Source: Cenarchaeum sp. (GTDB lineage Archaea; Thermoproteota; Nitrososphaeria; Nitrososphaerales; Nitrosopumilaceae). From it: 64,000 bases of DNA. Shown here in pieces: positions 49,861 through 60,654 of the stretch. The stretch spans positions 384,001 to 448,000 of the forward strand of contig OZ242221.1 in the NCBI GenBank assembly GCA_965206845.1, read 5' to 3'. The notes under the pieces were generated by a model. That model was given only the letters and a program-made list of their open reading frames with translations, was not told the origin of the DNA and ran no database searches. The stretch's first letter is position 1. Each line of letters opens with the position of its first letter. The translations under genes and the position numbers were made by a program.

Positions 49861-52322
49861 TGGAGAACGATCGCCGCGGTGGACTGCTCCGGGTCTATCT
49901 GCCCCGCCGAGGTCAAAGTCATTCCGGACTTTTCTGGCTCCAGCAGCTTCCACACGGCAAAGTGCTGCGACACGTCCGGGCAGCTGGCGTACCCCCAGCT
50001 GTACCTCAATCCCCCCCGCTTCAGCCCCAGCTCGGATATTATCCTGCGGTTTGTCCACTCCGCCAGGGCCTCCGCGGTCTGGACTGCCAGCCCCTGCAGG
50101 TACAGGGCATCGGCATACCTGCCCTCTTGGTCCCATTTGTGGGCGACGCGGGAGACGATCTCCCCCACCGTAACTGACTGGAAGGCTACCACGTCATCCC
50201 TGCCAAAGTAGTCCGTGATGCAGAGGTGCTTTGGGCGGGTCGAGCGCGGAAAGTCAAATGTGACCTGGCCGCCAGAGTAGTCCACCGTCAGCCGCTGATC
50301 CTGGGCGTGGCACCCAAAGTACCCGTAGACTATCTGCGGCTCAAAGAGGTTCTCCCTTGTGATCCTGCCCTTCAGCTCCTCCAGTATTCCCTCATGGTCC
50401 TCCTGCGACTCGGCGCCGGCCTTTCCGCGGAGCCCCCACGACATCTTGAAGAGCGCCCTCTTGTCCAGTAGCGGCCACACCTCGTCCATGTTGATTTCAT
50501 CCCCGGAGAGCCGTATGGGCTCTGCCGTGACCGGCGGGACTGGGGGCCGCACCGGCGCCACAGAGCTTCTGGGCAGCGGCTGCGCGGGCGGTGTGGCCGC
50601 CGGGCCCTCCTGCCACCTCTCAAGGTCGCCCCTCCACTTGTCTAGAAGCTGCTGCCTTTGGCCGCTGACCAGCGCGTCCATCGTCTTGAGCCCGTCAAAC
50701 ATAGTATTGCAGTAGAACACGCCGCCGGGATACACTCCCCCCTCCTTTGCGATCCGGTTGATAAAGCCGGAGTTGATTGCGGCGCCGCCGCACAGCACCG
50801 GCAGTACCATGCCGCTCTTTCTTGCATGGCTCACAAAGAGGTTCATCTGCTTTGATGTGGACACCAGCAGTGCGGAGAGGCCGATGGCGTCCGGGCTTAC
50901 CCGGTCCACCTCCTCAAGAAACCTCTGCAGCGGGACCTGCTTTCCCAGGTCGTATACCGTGTAGCCGTTGTTCTCAAAGATCGTCTTCACGAGGTTCTTG
51001 CCGATGTCATGTACGTCGCCGTACACGGTTCCCAGGACCAGCCTGCCCTTGCTGGACCCTTCCTTTCGCAGAAGGTACTTCTCCAGCTCGGCGACTGCTG
51101 CCTTCATGCACTCGGCGGATTTCAGGACAAAGGGGAGGATCAGCTCGCCTGCGCCGAACCTGTCGCCGACCTCCTTCATTGCGGGCAGGAGATCCTGGTT
51201 GAGGGTCTGGATGGCCGCGCCATGGGTGACGTCCTTTGGGCGGTCGATCGCAAGGCGGCCGTCCCTCTCTGTAGTGTCCTGGCCGGGAATCTTCTCGGCT
51301 ATCGCCGACACCACGTCATCCTCGATTCCGTCCTTGAGGCGGTTGATGATCCTAAAGTTGGATCTCCTTCCGGCGTCCCAGGAGGGATCCATCTTCGCCT
51401 TCCTTGCGGGCGCCGCCTGCTGCCCTGCCTTCTCAAAGTGCGTGATTACGTCGGAGAGCGCGTCAGGGTGGGTGTTGAATATCAGGGACTCGACGAGATC
51501 CCTCTCCCTCTTGTCGATCTCCCCGTAGGGGACTATCTCCCGGGCGTTTACGATGGCGCAGTCAAGCCCCGCCCTCACCGCATGGTACAGGAACGCGGAG
51601 TTGAGGATCTTTCTTGCGTACGGGGTCAGGCCGAAGCTGATGTTGCTCAGCCCCAGGACCGTAAACGAGTCCGGAAGGTGCTCCCTCACCAGCCGGATTC
51701 CCTCTAGGGTGTTCTTGCCGGCGTCCAGGAACTCCGGCTCGCCGGTTGCGAGGGTGAACGTGAGCACGTCAAAGACGAACTGGCCCGGCTCCAGGCCGTA
51801 CTTTTCTCCCGTCTTGAGCAGGAGCCTGGCGGTGTCCAGCTTCTGCTGGGGCGTCTTTGCCATGCCGTCGGGGCCGATGCACAGAGCTATTGCAGGCAGG
51901 CCGTACCTTGCCATCAGGGGCGCAAGCCTGCGAAAGCGCGAGCCGTCGCCCTCCAGGTTGATGGAGTTGATGAGCGGCCTTCCGGGTATCTGTCGCACGG
52001 CTGCCTCGATGACGTCGGGATCAGTCGAGTCGATCACCAGCGGCGCGTCCACCACCAGGCTGATCTTCTTTACCAGCTTCAGCATGAACTCGCCCTCGTC
52101 TGCGCGCTCAGTTGTGGCGATGCACACGTCGATGCAGTGCGCGCCGTCCTCTGCCTGTATTCTTGCCAGGTCCACGAGGCCGTCCAGGTCGTCACCAAGC
52201 ACCAAGCGCTTTGCCTTTCTTGAGCCCTGCGTGTTGAGCCTCTCGCCTATTATCAGCGGGGCCGGCGCCTGCCTGATCTCCACGGCCTTTAGCGCCGAGC
52301 TGACTCTGGGTATGAATCGCAT
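49830..52322 (-). CDS. metH: B12-dependent methionine synthase (pterin-, cobalamin-binding and activation domains)
   Basis: IIGERLN..GS, IDST, GLSNISFG, GDVHDIGKN, RYSWGY.SCPD, PEQST. Confidence 0.93.
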   Translation of the reverse strand: MRFIPRVSSALKAVEIRQAPAPLIIGERLNTQGSRKAKRLVLGDDLDGLVDLARIQAEDGAHCIDVCIATTERADEGEFMLKLVKKISLVVDAPLVIDSTDPDVIEAAVRQIPGRPLINSINLEGDGSRFRRLAPLMARYGLPAIALCIGPDGMAKTPQQKLDTARLLLKTGEKYGLEPGQFVFDVLTFTLATGEPEFLDAGKNTLEGIRLVREHLPDSFTVLGLSNISFGLTPYARKILNSAFLYHAVRAGLDCAIVNAREIVPYGEIDKRERDLVESLIFNTHPDALSDVITHFEKAGQQAAPARKAKMDPSWDAGRRSNFRIINRLKDGIEDDVVSAIAEKIPGQDTTERDGRLAIDRPKDVTHGAAIQTLNQDLLPAMKEVGDRFGAGELILPFVLKSAECMKAAVAELEKYLLRKEGSSKGRLVLGTVYGDVHDIGKNLVKTIFENNGYTVYDLGKQVPLQRFLEEVDRVSPDAIGLSALLVSTSKQMNLFVSHARKSGMVLPVLCGGAAINSGFINRIAKEGGVYPGGVFYCNTMFDGLKTMDALVSGQRQQLLDKWRGDLERWQEGPAATPPAQPLPRSSVAPVRPPVPPVTAEPIRLSGDEINMDEVWPLLDKRALFKMSWGLRGKAGAESQEDHEGILEELKGRITRENLFEPQIVYGYFGCHAQDQRLTVDYSGGQVTFDFPRSTRPKHLCITDYFGRDDVVAFQSVTVGEIVSRVAHKWDQEGRYADALYLQGLAVQTAEALAEWTNRRIISELGLKRGGLRYSWGYASCPDVSQHFAVWKLLEPEKSGMTLTSAGQIDPEQSTAAIVLHHPEAEYFVL

Positions 52323-52354
52323 ATGGTAGATCCAGTCAGAATATTGCTAAAAAC

Positions 52355-53308
52355 CTAGCTTCTGCCAGGCTCTTCGTCGATCAGCCTGCGGAGGGCCCTG
52401 ATGTGGCCGGGGCCCGTCCCGCAGCACCCGCCTATGATGCGGATGCTGCCGCACTCCTGCAGCAGGTCCTCCATGGCGCCTGCCATCTCATCTGGAGTCA
52501 TCCTGTAGACCGCGCGGCCCTGCTGGTTCTCCGGCATGCCGGCGTTTGGCACCACCAGCACCCCGTGCTCCTGCTCGTCCAGCCACTTCACGCTGGACAC
52601 CATCTCCACCGGGCCAGTGGAGCAATTCAGCCCAAAGATGTCTATCCCCATGCCTGACACGGTGGTGTACGCGGCCTGCACGCTGGTTCCAAGAAGCATC
52701 TTCCCGTGCTGGTCCAGTGTCGTGTTTGCGATTATTGGGGTCGGGGTCTTGGTGGCCTCTGCTGCGTGATGACACGCCTCCACTGCCAGCTTGATCTCCA
52801 GCACGTCCTGGCTTGTCTCGATTAGTAAAGCATCAACCCCGCCAAGTATGAGGCCGCGTGCCTGAAGCTCGAATGCCTGGCAGATCTCGTCCAGGGGCTT
52901 CTGGCCCAAGTCGGGATCATCGGAGCTGGGCAGGTATCCGGTGGGGCCCATGCTCCCTATCACGTATCTGGGCCTGTCCGTGTAGCCGGATGCCACCCCG
53001 GCTGCCAGCTGCGCCACCTTTTGGTTGAACCCGACTGTCTGGTTCCCGAACCCGTACTCGTCCAGCTTGATGCGGTTTGAGCCAAAGGAGTTGGTCTCGA
53101 TGCAGTCGGCGCCGGCATCAAGGTAGCTCCGGTGGATCTGCCGTATCCACTCCGGATGGGTGAGCACCAGGCCGTCGTTGAAGCCGTCCTTGCCGTCTGG
53201 AAAGTCCTCGGGCTTGGGATCCAACTTCTGGATCTCGGTGCCCATGGCCCCGTCAAAGAGCAGTATGCGGCGCTTCAGTGCTTCCAAGAGCGGTTCCTTT
53301 TGTGCCAA
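52355..53308 (-). CDS. Methionine synthase homocysteine-binding module (split MetH)
   Basis: DGAMGT, AGADCIETNSFG, GLNCSTGP, PNAG.P, GGCCGT. Confidence 0.92.
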   Translation of the reverse strand: MAQKEPLLEALKRRILLFDGAMGTEIQKLDPKPEDFPDGKDGFNDGLVLTHPEWIRQIHRSYLDAGADCIETNSFGSNRIKLDEYGFGNQTVGFNQKVAQLAAGVASGYTDRPRYVIGSMGPTGYLPSSDDPDLGQKPLDEICQAFELQARGLILGGVDALLIETSQDVLEIKLAVEACHHAAEATKTPTPIIANTTLDQHGKMLLGTSVQAAYTTVSGMGIDIFGLNCSTGPVEMVSSVKWLDEQEHGVLVVPNAGMPENQQGRAVYRMTPDEMAGAMEDLLQECGSIRIIGGCCGTGPGHIRALRRLIDEEPGRS

Positions 53309-53545
53309 CGTGTGTGTTGTGATACAGTCACTAATATTGTTAGGTTTTGGCATGTCCTGTACGGCGTACCGACGATGCAGCCAACTTCTGCGCTACGGAC
53401 GTACCAGTTCTGGTTGTGCAGTAGCACTGCCAGACATGCGTCTGCTCAAACTGTTTGCATGTCTCGTACCGGTGCATACACTCCAATCCCAGCACGGACA
53501 GGTTTCCTGCACAGGACATACCGAGCCGTTGTGGGCTTAAAGGCG

Positions 53546-54913
53546 CTATCCCAGATACTTTAGGATTGTCCTGGAGCCGGGATGAAGGGGTATCTTCTTC
53601 TGGCAGTCATAGATCATTTTGACCACCGACTCCTCGTAAATCCGGTTTAGTCGGAATCTGGTCTTTGCGTGGTGCTGCACTATGCAGATGCAGGAGATGT
53701 CGCGCAGCAGCCCGTCTGCAAGATCAGGCAGGACGGTAAAGTTTTTTTCGGTCATCGAGTTCTCCACCAAGTACTTTCCTATCAGATCGCCATCAAAGTA
53801 CGGATCGTACGCATACACGTCATAGCCGTTGGCGGCGAACTCGCCGATGACCTTGAATGCCGGCGAGTCGCGCATGTCCTCGATGTCGGGCTTGTAGGCC
53901 AGCCCGCAGACCAGGACTGATCTCTTCAGGGAGTTCTCAGAGATCGCCCGGTCTATCGAGTCAAAGACATACCTTGGCACGAATGCATTTGTCTGTAGGG
54001 CCTTTGAGATGGATCCAAAGTCAAGACCGAACTTTTTAGCAGATTCCAGCAGGAACTGTGGATCCTTGGGTACGCAGTGGCCACCGGCTCCCGCGCCGGG
54101 ATAAAACGGCATAAAGCCAAAGGGCTTTGTCGCCGCGGCGCCAATAACCTCGGACACGCTGATTCCCAGGCGGTCGCAGAGAACCGCCAGCTCGTTGACA
54201 AGTGATATGTTTACAAGCCGGAACGTGTTCTCAAAGGACTTTACTACCTCTGCGGTCTTGGCAGAGGAGACGCGCATTAGGTTTGAGTTGTTGATGTGGT
54301 GGTAGATTTTTTCTGTGATCGAGAACGTGGTATCGTCAGAGCAGTAAATTATCCTTGGAATGTTCTCAAGGTTCCATTTCCGGTTTTGCGGGTCTATGCG
54401 CTCGGGGCAGAAGGCCAGTCCGAAGTCCAGGCCCATGCGATATCCCGAGGACTCGATCATTTTTTTGATCTCATCGGTGGTTCCAACCTCGACGCTGCTC
54501 TCAATGATGACAAGGTCGCCTGCACTTGCAGATTTTAGAAAGTCCCTGACTGCCGCAACCACATGGACGCTGGAGTCTATGCCATTTCGCGGAATTATGG
54601 TCGGGACGCAGATGATTCCGATCCGCGTATTGGGAGACGGCCTGCTCTGGCTATCCAGCAAGAGGTATCCGCTCTTCCGGTTCTCCAAAAAGACGCCCTT
54701 CATCTTGAGCTCGGAGTTGCACAGCCGGTTCTCAGACAGCCTTTTGATCCTGTCGCGGTTTGTGTCGATGCCAGTAACATGGAACCTAGCCGAAGACACC
54801 CTGACTGACAGCGGAAATCCGACGTAGCCCAGGCCAAAGATCTCTATGCGCGCCAGGCGCGACTCAACATCGGCCTGGGATTCGTGCAAGGTTCTGCCGC
54901 TTGTGCCATCCAA
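53546..54913 (-). CDS. UDP-N-acetylhexosamine/nucleotide-sugar dehydrogenase
   Basis: GLGYVG, ICVPT, CPER, KSFEN.FR.VN, GGHCVPKD, GLAYK...DMRDSP. Confidence 0.9.
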   Translation of the reverse strand: MDGTSGRTLHESQADVESRLARIEIFGLGYVGFPLSVRVSSARFHVTGIDTNRDRIKRLSENRLCNSELKMKGVFLENRKSGYLLLDSQSRPSPNTRIGIICVPTIIPRNGIDSSVHVVAAVRDFLKSASAGDLVIIESSVEVGTTDEIKKMIESSGYRMGLDFGLAFCPERIDPQNRKWNLENIPRIIYCSDDTTFSITEKIYHHINNSNLMRVSSAKTAEVVKSFENTFRLVNISLVNELAVLCDRLGISVSEVIGAAATKPFGFMPFYPGAGAGGHCVPKDPQFLLESAKKFGLDFGSISKALQTNAFVPRYVFDSIDRAISENSLKRSVLVCGLAYKPDIEDMRDSPAFKVIGEFAANGYDVYAYDPYFDGDLIGKYLVENSMTEKNFTVLPDLADGLLRDISCICIVQHHAKTRFRLNRIYEESVVKMIYDCQKKIPLHPGSRTILKYLG

Positions 54914-55002
54914 AATGCTTACAGCGGTCTTGATTGCGGCGGACTTAATATTTTGTGTGCACCTGGCCAGGCGGTGGCCGGATCGGGCCTGCAGGCAGGC
55001 TC

Positions 55003-55770
55003 CTACCGCAGGCCCCACCGGGACATGACCTTGAACTCAAGCCGCTTGAAGAGCAGCCCGTCGATCACCATTCCCAGAGCCATGATCAGCACCATTATGG
55101 CGATCACCTGGGATACGTCAATCGTCTGCCTTCCCACGTTCAGCAGGAATCCCAGTCCCAGAAACGAGAACAGAATCTCCGCCCCTATCACACCCCTCCA
55201 AGCAAAGGCCCACCCCTGTTTGAATCCGGATATCATGTAGGGGAATGCGGCCGGAATCAGCACGTTTGTGATGAGCTGGCCCTCCTTTGCCCCCATGTTG
55301 CGGGCAGCCTCGACATAGTGGGGATCGATGTTCTTTACGCCGGTATACGTGTTTATCGTGACCGCAAAGACGGCGCCGATCGCAGTCACAAACACGATTC
55401 CCGCACCGGAGACCCCGAACCAGATCAGCGCCAGCGGCACCCAGGCAATCGAGGGAATGGACTGCAGGCCAAGAACCAGCGATCCTATGGTCTGGTTTAC
55501 CGTCTCCACCCTGGCCATAAAGATTCCCAGAACCATTCCGCCGCATATTGCAATTGCCAGGCCGACGATCAGTCTCCACATGCTGGTTCCCATACCAAGC
55601 AGAATGCTTCCGTCGGCTATGCCGTAGGCAAGATCCTCGGCGACCTCGTAGGGTGACGGGAATATCTCGTCCGGCCACACCCCCGAGTCTGCCACCCCCT
55701 GCCAGATGCCGATCAGTGCGGTATAGAATGCAATCTTCTTCAGCATTGTCTTGTGCGACTTGCTCTTCAT
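55003..55770 (-). CDS. Nitrate/sulfonate/taurine-type ABC permease
   Basis: SIPSIAWVP, EAARNMGA, AW..VIGAE. Confidence 0.9.
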   Translation of the reverse strand: MKSKSHKTMLKKIAFYTALIGIWQGVADSGVWPDEIFPSPYEVAEDLAYGIADGSILLGMGTSMWRLIVGLAIAICGGMVLGIFMARVETVNQTIGSLVLGLQSIPSIAWVPLALIWFGVSGAGIVFVTAIGAVFAVTINTYTGVKNIDPHYVEAARNMGAKEGQLITNVLIPAAFPYMISGFKQGWAFAWRGVIGAEILFSFLGLGFLLNVGRQTIDVSQVIAIMVLIMALGMVIDGLLFKRLEFKVMSRWGLR

Positions 55771-56528
55771 TTGCCCTTCTTCACCTCGGGTCTCAGCTCG
55801 GCCAGGATGTCCTGTTGGTACTTTATCAGGTCTCCGTCCTCCGGTATGCGCGGCCTCTTGTAGTCTATGGATATCTCTTTTTTTATCACAGACGGCCTGC
55901 CGCTGAACACTGCAACCCTGGAGCCCAGCACCACGGCCTCAGAGACGTTGTGCGTCACAAACAGGATGGTCTTCTTGGTCCTAGTCCATATGAGCTGCAT
56001 CTCTACCAGCAGCAGGTCCCTGGTCTGCGCATCCAGCGCGGCAAAGGGCTCGTCCATCAGCAATACGTCGGGATCCATCACGAGCGCCCTCGCTATTGCC
56101 ACGCGCTGCTTCATTCCCGTGGAGAGCTGGTACGTGTACGAGTCTGCAAAGTCTGTCAGCTGCATCATGTCCAGATACCGCCGCGATATCTCCGTGCGCT
56201 CGTCCTTGGGAACGCCTGCCATCTTGAGGCCAAACTCCACATTGTCAGATACCTTGAGCCAGGGGAACAGGGCGCCCTCCTGAAACACCATGATCCTCTC
56301 CGGTCCCGTACCGGTTACGGGCTTGCCGTCAAACAGGATCTCACCCTCGTCCATCGTATCCATGCCCGCTACAATTCTAAGAAAGGTGGACTTGCCGCAT
56401 CCCGAGGGGCCCACCAGGCACACAAACTCGCCGTCCTCTACCTTGAGGTTTATCCCCCCCAGAGCCTTGAGCCGGTATTTGTCGTGCTGAAAGTGTTTTA
56501 CGACGTTTCTTGCTTCCAGATTGACCAT
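55767..56528 (-). CDS. Nitrate/sulfonate-type ABC ATPase
   Basis: GPSGCGKST, LSTGMKQR, LLMDEPF, VTH. Confidence 0.92.
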   Translation of the reverse strand: MVNLEARNVVKHFQHDKYRLKALGGINLKVEDGEFVCLVGPSGCGKSTFLRIVAGMDTMDEGEILFDGKPVTGTGPERIMVFQEGALFPWLKVSDNVEFGLKMAGVPKDERTEISRRYLDMMQLTDFADSYTYQLSTGMKQRVAIARALVMDPDVLLMDEPFAALDAQTRDLLLVEMQLIWTRTKKTILFVTHNVSEAVVLGSRVAVFSGRPSVIKKEISIDYKRPRIPEDGDLIKYQQDILAELRPEVKKGK

Positions 56529-56534
56529 GATCCG

Positions 56535-57539
56535 CTACATCTCCCCCTCATGCCCACCATCCGGCGGCTCGTAGAAGATGCCGTCCAGGTTGTAGCCGTG
56601 CCTGCCCAGGTATCCCAGCGAGTCGGCCCTCTGCGCAAAGACCGAGATCGAGTCCGCCACGGGATCCGAAGTAATCTCGATGTTGGAGAGCGCGGTGTCA
56701 ATTATGCCATCTGGAAAGGAGCTCCCCAGCTCTCTGTCAGTGTATGCGTTGAAGATCATTCTTGCCTCCTGTGGATGTTGGTTGATCCAAACCTCGGCCT
56801 TTTTGTGTGATTCGATCCATTTTCCGACTATCTCAGGATTCTCCTCTGCGTATGCCGCCCTGGCCACCAGCAACACCGACGCAAAGCGTCCGTCGGGCCA
56901 CAGATCCTCCTCCTGGAACACCCTCTTGCCGCCCAGCTGGTCAACGAATATGGTGGCCCAGGGCTCCGGAACCCATGCCGCATCGATGTCGCCCTTGACA
57001 AACAGCGTATAGATGTCCGAGTTTGGCACGTTCAGCACGTACACGGAACCGCCTTTCTCGGCCGGACGCAATCCGTGCTCGGAGAGGTAGTGCCGCAGTG
57101 AGACGTCCTGCGTGTTGGCTATCTGCGGGGCTGCGATCCTTTTTCCGGCAAAGTCCTCCGCGGATTCAATGTCAGAATCTGGATGCGCCACAAGGCTTGC
57201 GCCACCGCTTGCAGCGCCGGCCAGGATCACAATGCCCCGCTCCTCGGACTTGATGAATCCGTTGACTGCAGGTCCGGGACCGACATACGCCATGTCAATC
57301 GAGTTTGCGAACAGTGACTCGATCACCTGCGGGCCGCTGTCAAACAGTTTTGGCGATATCGGGATATCTCCCAGGTTTTCGGAGAATATCTGGTTCTCCA
57401 GTCCCACTATTGGTATGGCATGGCCTATATTTGGGAAGAACGCCACCCTGACACGGTCGTGTTGGGGATCTGTAGTACTGGCCAACGATACTGCCACGGC
57501 TGCGACGACTATAACGCCTATTGCAATCTTGATTTTCAT
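56535..57539 (-). CDS. Aliphatic sulfonate-type ABC substrate-binding protein
   Basis: FFPNIGHA, YVGPGP, APQIANTQD, WVPEPW. Confidence 0.88.
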   Translation of the reverse strand: MKIKIAIGVIVVAAVAVSLASTTDPQHDRVRVAFFPNIGHAIPIVGLENQIFSENLGDIPISPKLFDSGPQVIESLFANSIDMAYVGPGPAVNGFIKSEERGIVILAGAASGGASLVAHPDSDIESAEDFAGKRIAAPQIANTQDVSLRHYLSEHGLRPAEKGGSVYVLNVPNSDIYTLFVKGDIDAAWVPEPWATIFVDQLGGKRVFQEEDLWPDGRFASVLLVARAAYAEENPEIVGKWIESHKKAEVWINQHPQEARMIFNAYTDRELGSSFPDGIIDTALSNIEITSDPVADSISVFAQRADSLGYLGRHGYNLDGIFYEPPDGGHEGEM

Positions 57540-57828
57540 AAAACGCTGTTACAAGTGACCGATAAATAATGATCGAATTTTAGCTCAAGCTATATGCCAT
57601 TGAGATCAGTTGGCATACTCGCCCAACAGATCTCGTCGTCTTGTCCACTTTTTTAGCCATAAGATACTGGCTATTTTGCACGAACCTATGCTTGCCACTA
57701 TTGCGCCTAAGAGAGGACGTGACCCCACATCTAGTTTCGGCGGATCGCTTTAGACGCGGGTCATGGTGGTGACACGCAAAAAAGGTTGCCTCATCTACTG
57801 CTCCACGCATAAGATCTATTAGGTAGTA

Positions 57829-58913
57829 TTACCTATCCCAATCAAAACTGCGTTGCAGTAGTTTGGACAATCTCTCGTTGTGGGGCTTGAAGTATTCGAT
57901 GAGAAACTTGCGCGTACCTTCGTTCATCTTCTTGTAATTTCCAACGTTGCGGTTCTTTAGGTTCCCTACCCTGAAGGGACGTACTCCCAAGAAATCAAAA
58001 ATTTGATCCAGGGTTTGCTGCGGGCTCTTACGGAGGTCTTCTGTGGCCAAGATCAAAAACTGCTTCCTGCCATAATGCCTGAACCAGTTTTCCAACTGCT
58101 CGGCGTAAAAGCCCCTGGCAAGATACGAATGCTTACGGTAGTGATCAGGAACAAAATCCGGATCTTTGATCAGCTGTTCTCTCTCTCCGGCGTACCTCTC
58201 TTTTTCCAACTCAATGGCTTTCTCAAACGACAATGGTTCATTGTTTGTTCTCAATATATGATGATAGTGGGAATATGCACGATCAACGGGATTGCGCAAA
58301 ATCACGATCAGTTTTACGTGCTCCTCAGTTTTCTGCCGGGAACCACCGGGTACGAAAAGTGATAGATCCGGGCTTGCTTCCCGGCCTCTCTTTTTCCAAC
58401 TCAATGGCTTTCTCAAACGACAATGGTTCATTGTTTGTTCTCAATATATGATGATAGTGGGAATATGCACGATCAACGGGATTGCGCAAAATCACGATCA
58501 GTTTTACGTCAGGCAAAAGCTCCTTCATCCTGCCGGGAACCACCGGGTAAAAAAGATAGACCGGGCTTGCTTCCCCACTGAGAAGTTTCTGATTCGTTTT
58601 TTTGTAAAAGCGACGTCTTGACAGATTGGTTGGAAAATGAGAACGATACCACAGTTCGCCAAACTTATACCATATAGAAAAATAATGTACCTCTTTTTTA
58701 GCAGCGGGCACAATCGCCGGATGCTTGACAATAAATCTATACAGCGATCCCGGACTTCATCGCGCCGATAATAACAAAATCAGGAAGCCCCCTCCCCACC
58801 AAATGTGTGGTAATTAGTCGGAACCGGGACTTGTTTTGGTGGTAGGATGCGCGTAAATGCGGATGTTGACGAAGCCAAGTCCTAGCTTTATCCTTGAGAC
58901 GTCCCAATATCAA
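57829..58913 (-). pseudogene. PAPS sulfotransferase, disrupted
   Basis: LPDFVIIGAMKSG is followed by a 5-nt deletion in the PAPS-binding loop (vs the paralogue); LRNPVDRAYS is present twice because of a 190-bp tandem duplication. Confidence 0.8.
58195..58575. repeat. 190-bp tandem duplication
   Basis: 58195-58319 is identical to 58385-58509; the remainder is degenerate. Confidence 0.9.
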
Positions 58914-59324
58914 AATTAACGAACCGGCATTATTTGTATGATATGCTCGGGTGTTGTCCACATTGCCAAAATCCGGCACGCTTTGGCACTCTGATGGGGC
59001 GCCACCCGAGGAGGCTGCGGTGGCGGTATATTCTCTCGTATCCGCAGTGCCGCCGGATCAAGTTGTTCCATCCACGGCATAGTAATCTTATGTGCGTCAA
59101 TCAGATCGTTCAGAAGATAACCGCCACGAGACTACCGCTCTTGGGGGTTATAGCTAAGGGCATAAGTTTGTACGGAACATTGACCAGCACCTATTGGAAT
59201 CGATCACAATTAGTCAAAAAAACAGTGTATTCCATGAAAGATTTGATTCCATAAGTAGGTTTTTGAGCGCGTCAAAGTCTTACGGCCTGCTTACACCCTG
59301 CACGAATTTTTGCGTGTCGCTATA

Positions 59325-59482
59325 GTCGCAGCCATAATGAAAGCATGATAACATCCGCCCACGTACTGTACGTGACAGGTTGACCCCTACCGGATCATGG
59401 CCCATGAGGCCTGCATAATGAATGGGGCGATCCGAGCTGCTTTCGTTAGTGGGACGCACGATCCCTGATAGGTGGCTGCAGC
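59325..59482 (+). ncRNA. Candidate IS110 bridge RNA-type non-coding end
   Basis: Structured non-coding region upstream of an IS110 recombinase: gcagcca...tggctgc closing stem and an internal ggatc...gatcc stem with a large loop. Confidence 0.4.
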
Positions 59483-59519
59483 TTCCGGCCTGTCGCAAAT
59501 GGAAAAAGGAGGTGAGAAA

Positions 59520-60500
59520 GTGAAAAGCATAGGAATCAACATCGGAAAAAGAAGATGCATAGTCTGCATCATGGACCGGAACGGAACCGTCCTGGAGGAA
59601 ACGGGATACGAGAACACCTACGCCGCGGCAGACGCGTTTGCAAGGAAGGCAAAGATGGAGTACGAGAAATGCCAGGCGGTGTGCGAGTCGACGGGAAATC
59701 TTTGGATCAAGACGTACGAGGCGTTTGAGGATCGCGGCATACCTATCGAGCTTTCCAACCCCATGAAGGCGAGGGCCGTAGCGGAGGCCGGCGTCAAGAC
59801 CGACAGGGTGGGCGCAAGGACTCTGGCGCACCTGCTGCGGACAAACCTTATCGCAAGGTACCACGTGGCAGAAAGGGGGGTGCGTGGAGTGCGGCAGCTC
59901 CTGGGGGAGAGGAACAACCTGGTAAGGGCGAGGACGCAGACCATCAACCGGCTGCACAACCTGCTTGACAGGTACGACCTGAACCCCAAGGATTTCGCAC
60001 AGGACGTCTGGAGGGAGAAGGCCCTCAAGGCTCTCGATTCGAAGAGTTTGGCAGATCCCAACGACGACTACGTGTTGCACATGGCGAGGCGCCTGCGGAA
60101 AGACCACGTTATAAGCTACAGTAGCATATACAGGATAATGAAGGGGAACGGACTGGTGACCCCGTCGGCCGCAAAGTCCAGGAAGAGAAAGTGGGTACGC
60201 TACGAGAGGGGGCACTCCAACTTCATGTGGCATACGGACTGGCACATAATGAAGGATCCGCGCTTCAAAGGACTCAATTTGATAACGTTTCTTGACGATG
60301 CTTCCAGGTGCGTGACCGGGGCAGCCCTGTTCACGGAGGCCACACCGGAGAACGTCGTGGCGGTGCTCCGGCAGGCAATCAAAAGGTTCGGAACCCTGGC
60401 CACGATACTCTCGGACAACGGGTTCTGTTTTGTCGGTGTTCGCAGAAAGGAGCCAAAAAGGCCTTGGCAGGTAACTGATCGGTCTCATGAAGCTAAATAA
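59520..60500 (+). pseudogene. In-frame chimera of an IS110 DEDD recombinase N-terminus and an IS481-type integrase core, truncated by an IS66 end
   Basis: SIGINIG, CESTG, KTDRVG (IS110), switching near 60080 to YER...WHTD...LDDASR...LSDNG (IS481); strong ggaggtga SD. Confidence 0.75.
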
Positions 60501-60626
60501 CGTGCCACGCCATGTCAAGGGTAATTTTTTGTGCTGGCGGTGAGGAATTTTACGTACGCCATGGAGGGTTTGCAATGTCGCTGCATTGCACGATCAGACG
60601 GCGATGGTCGTTTGACTCTGCGCGGG
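60471..60626 (-). mobile_element. IS66 right-end remnant (copy 1)
   Basis: Starts gtaactgatcggtctcatgaag; direct repeat of 61727-61920. Confidence 0.7.
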
Positions 60627-60654
60627 GTCCGGCTCAATCTTCATATACTGTATT

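Noticed and set aside
59280-60575. 431-aa minus-strand ORF, and similar long antisense ORFs (1513..2562, 41228..42511, 55548..56810, 62656..63720)
   Set aside because: These are shadows of real genes on the opposite strand, expected at high GC, with no motifs.
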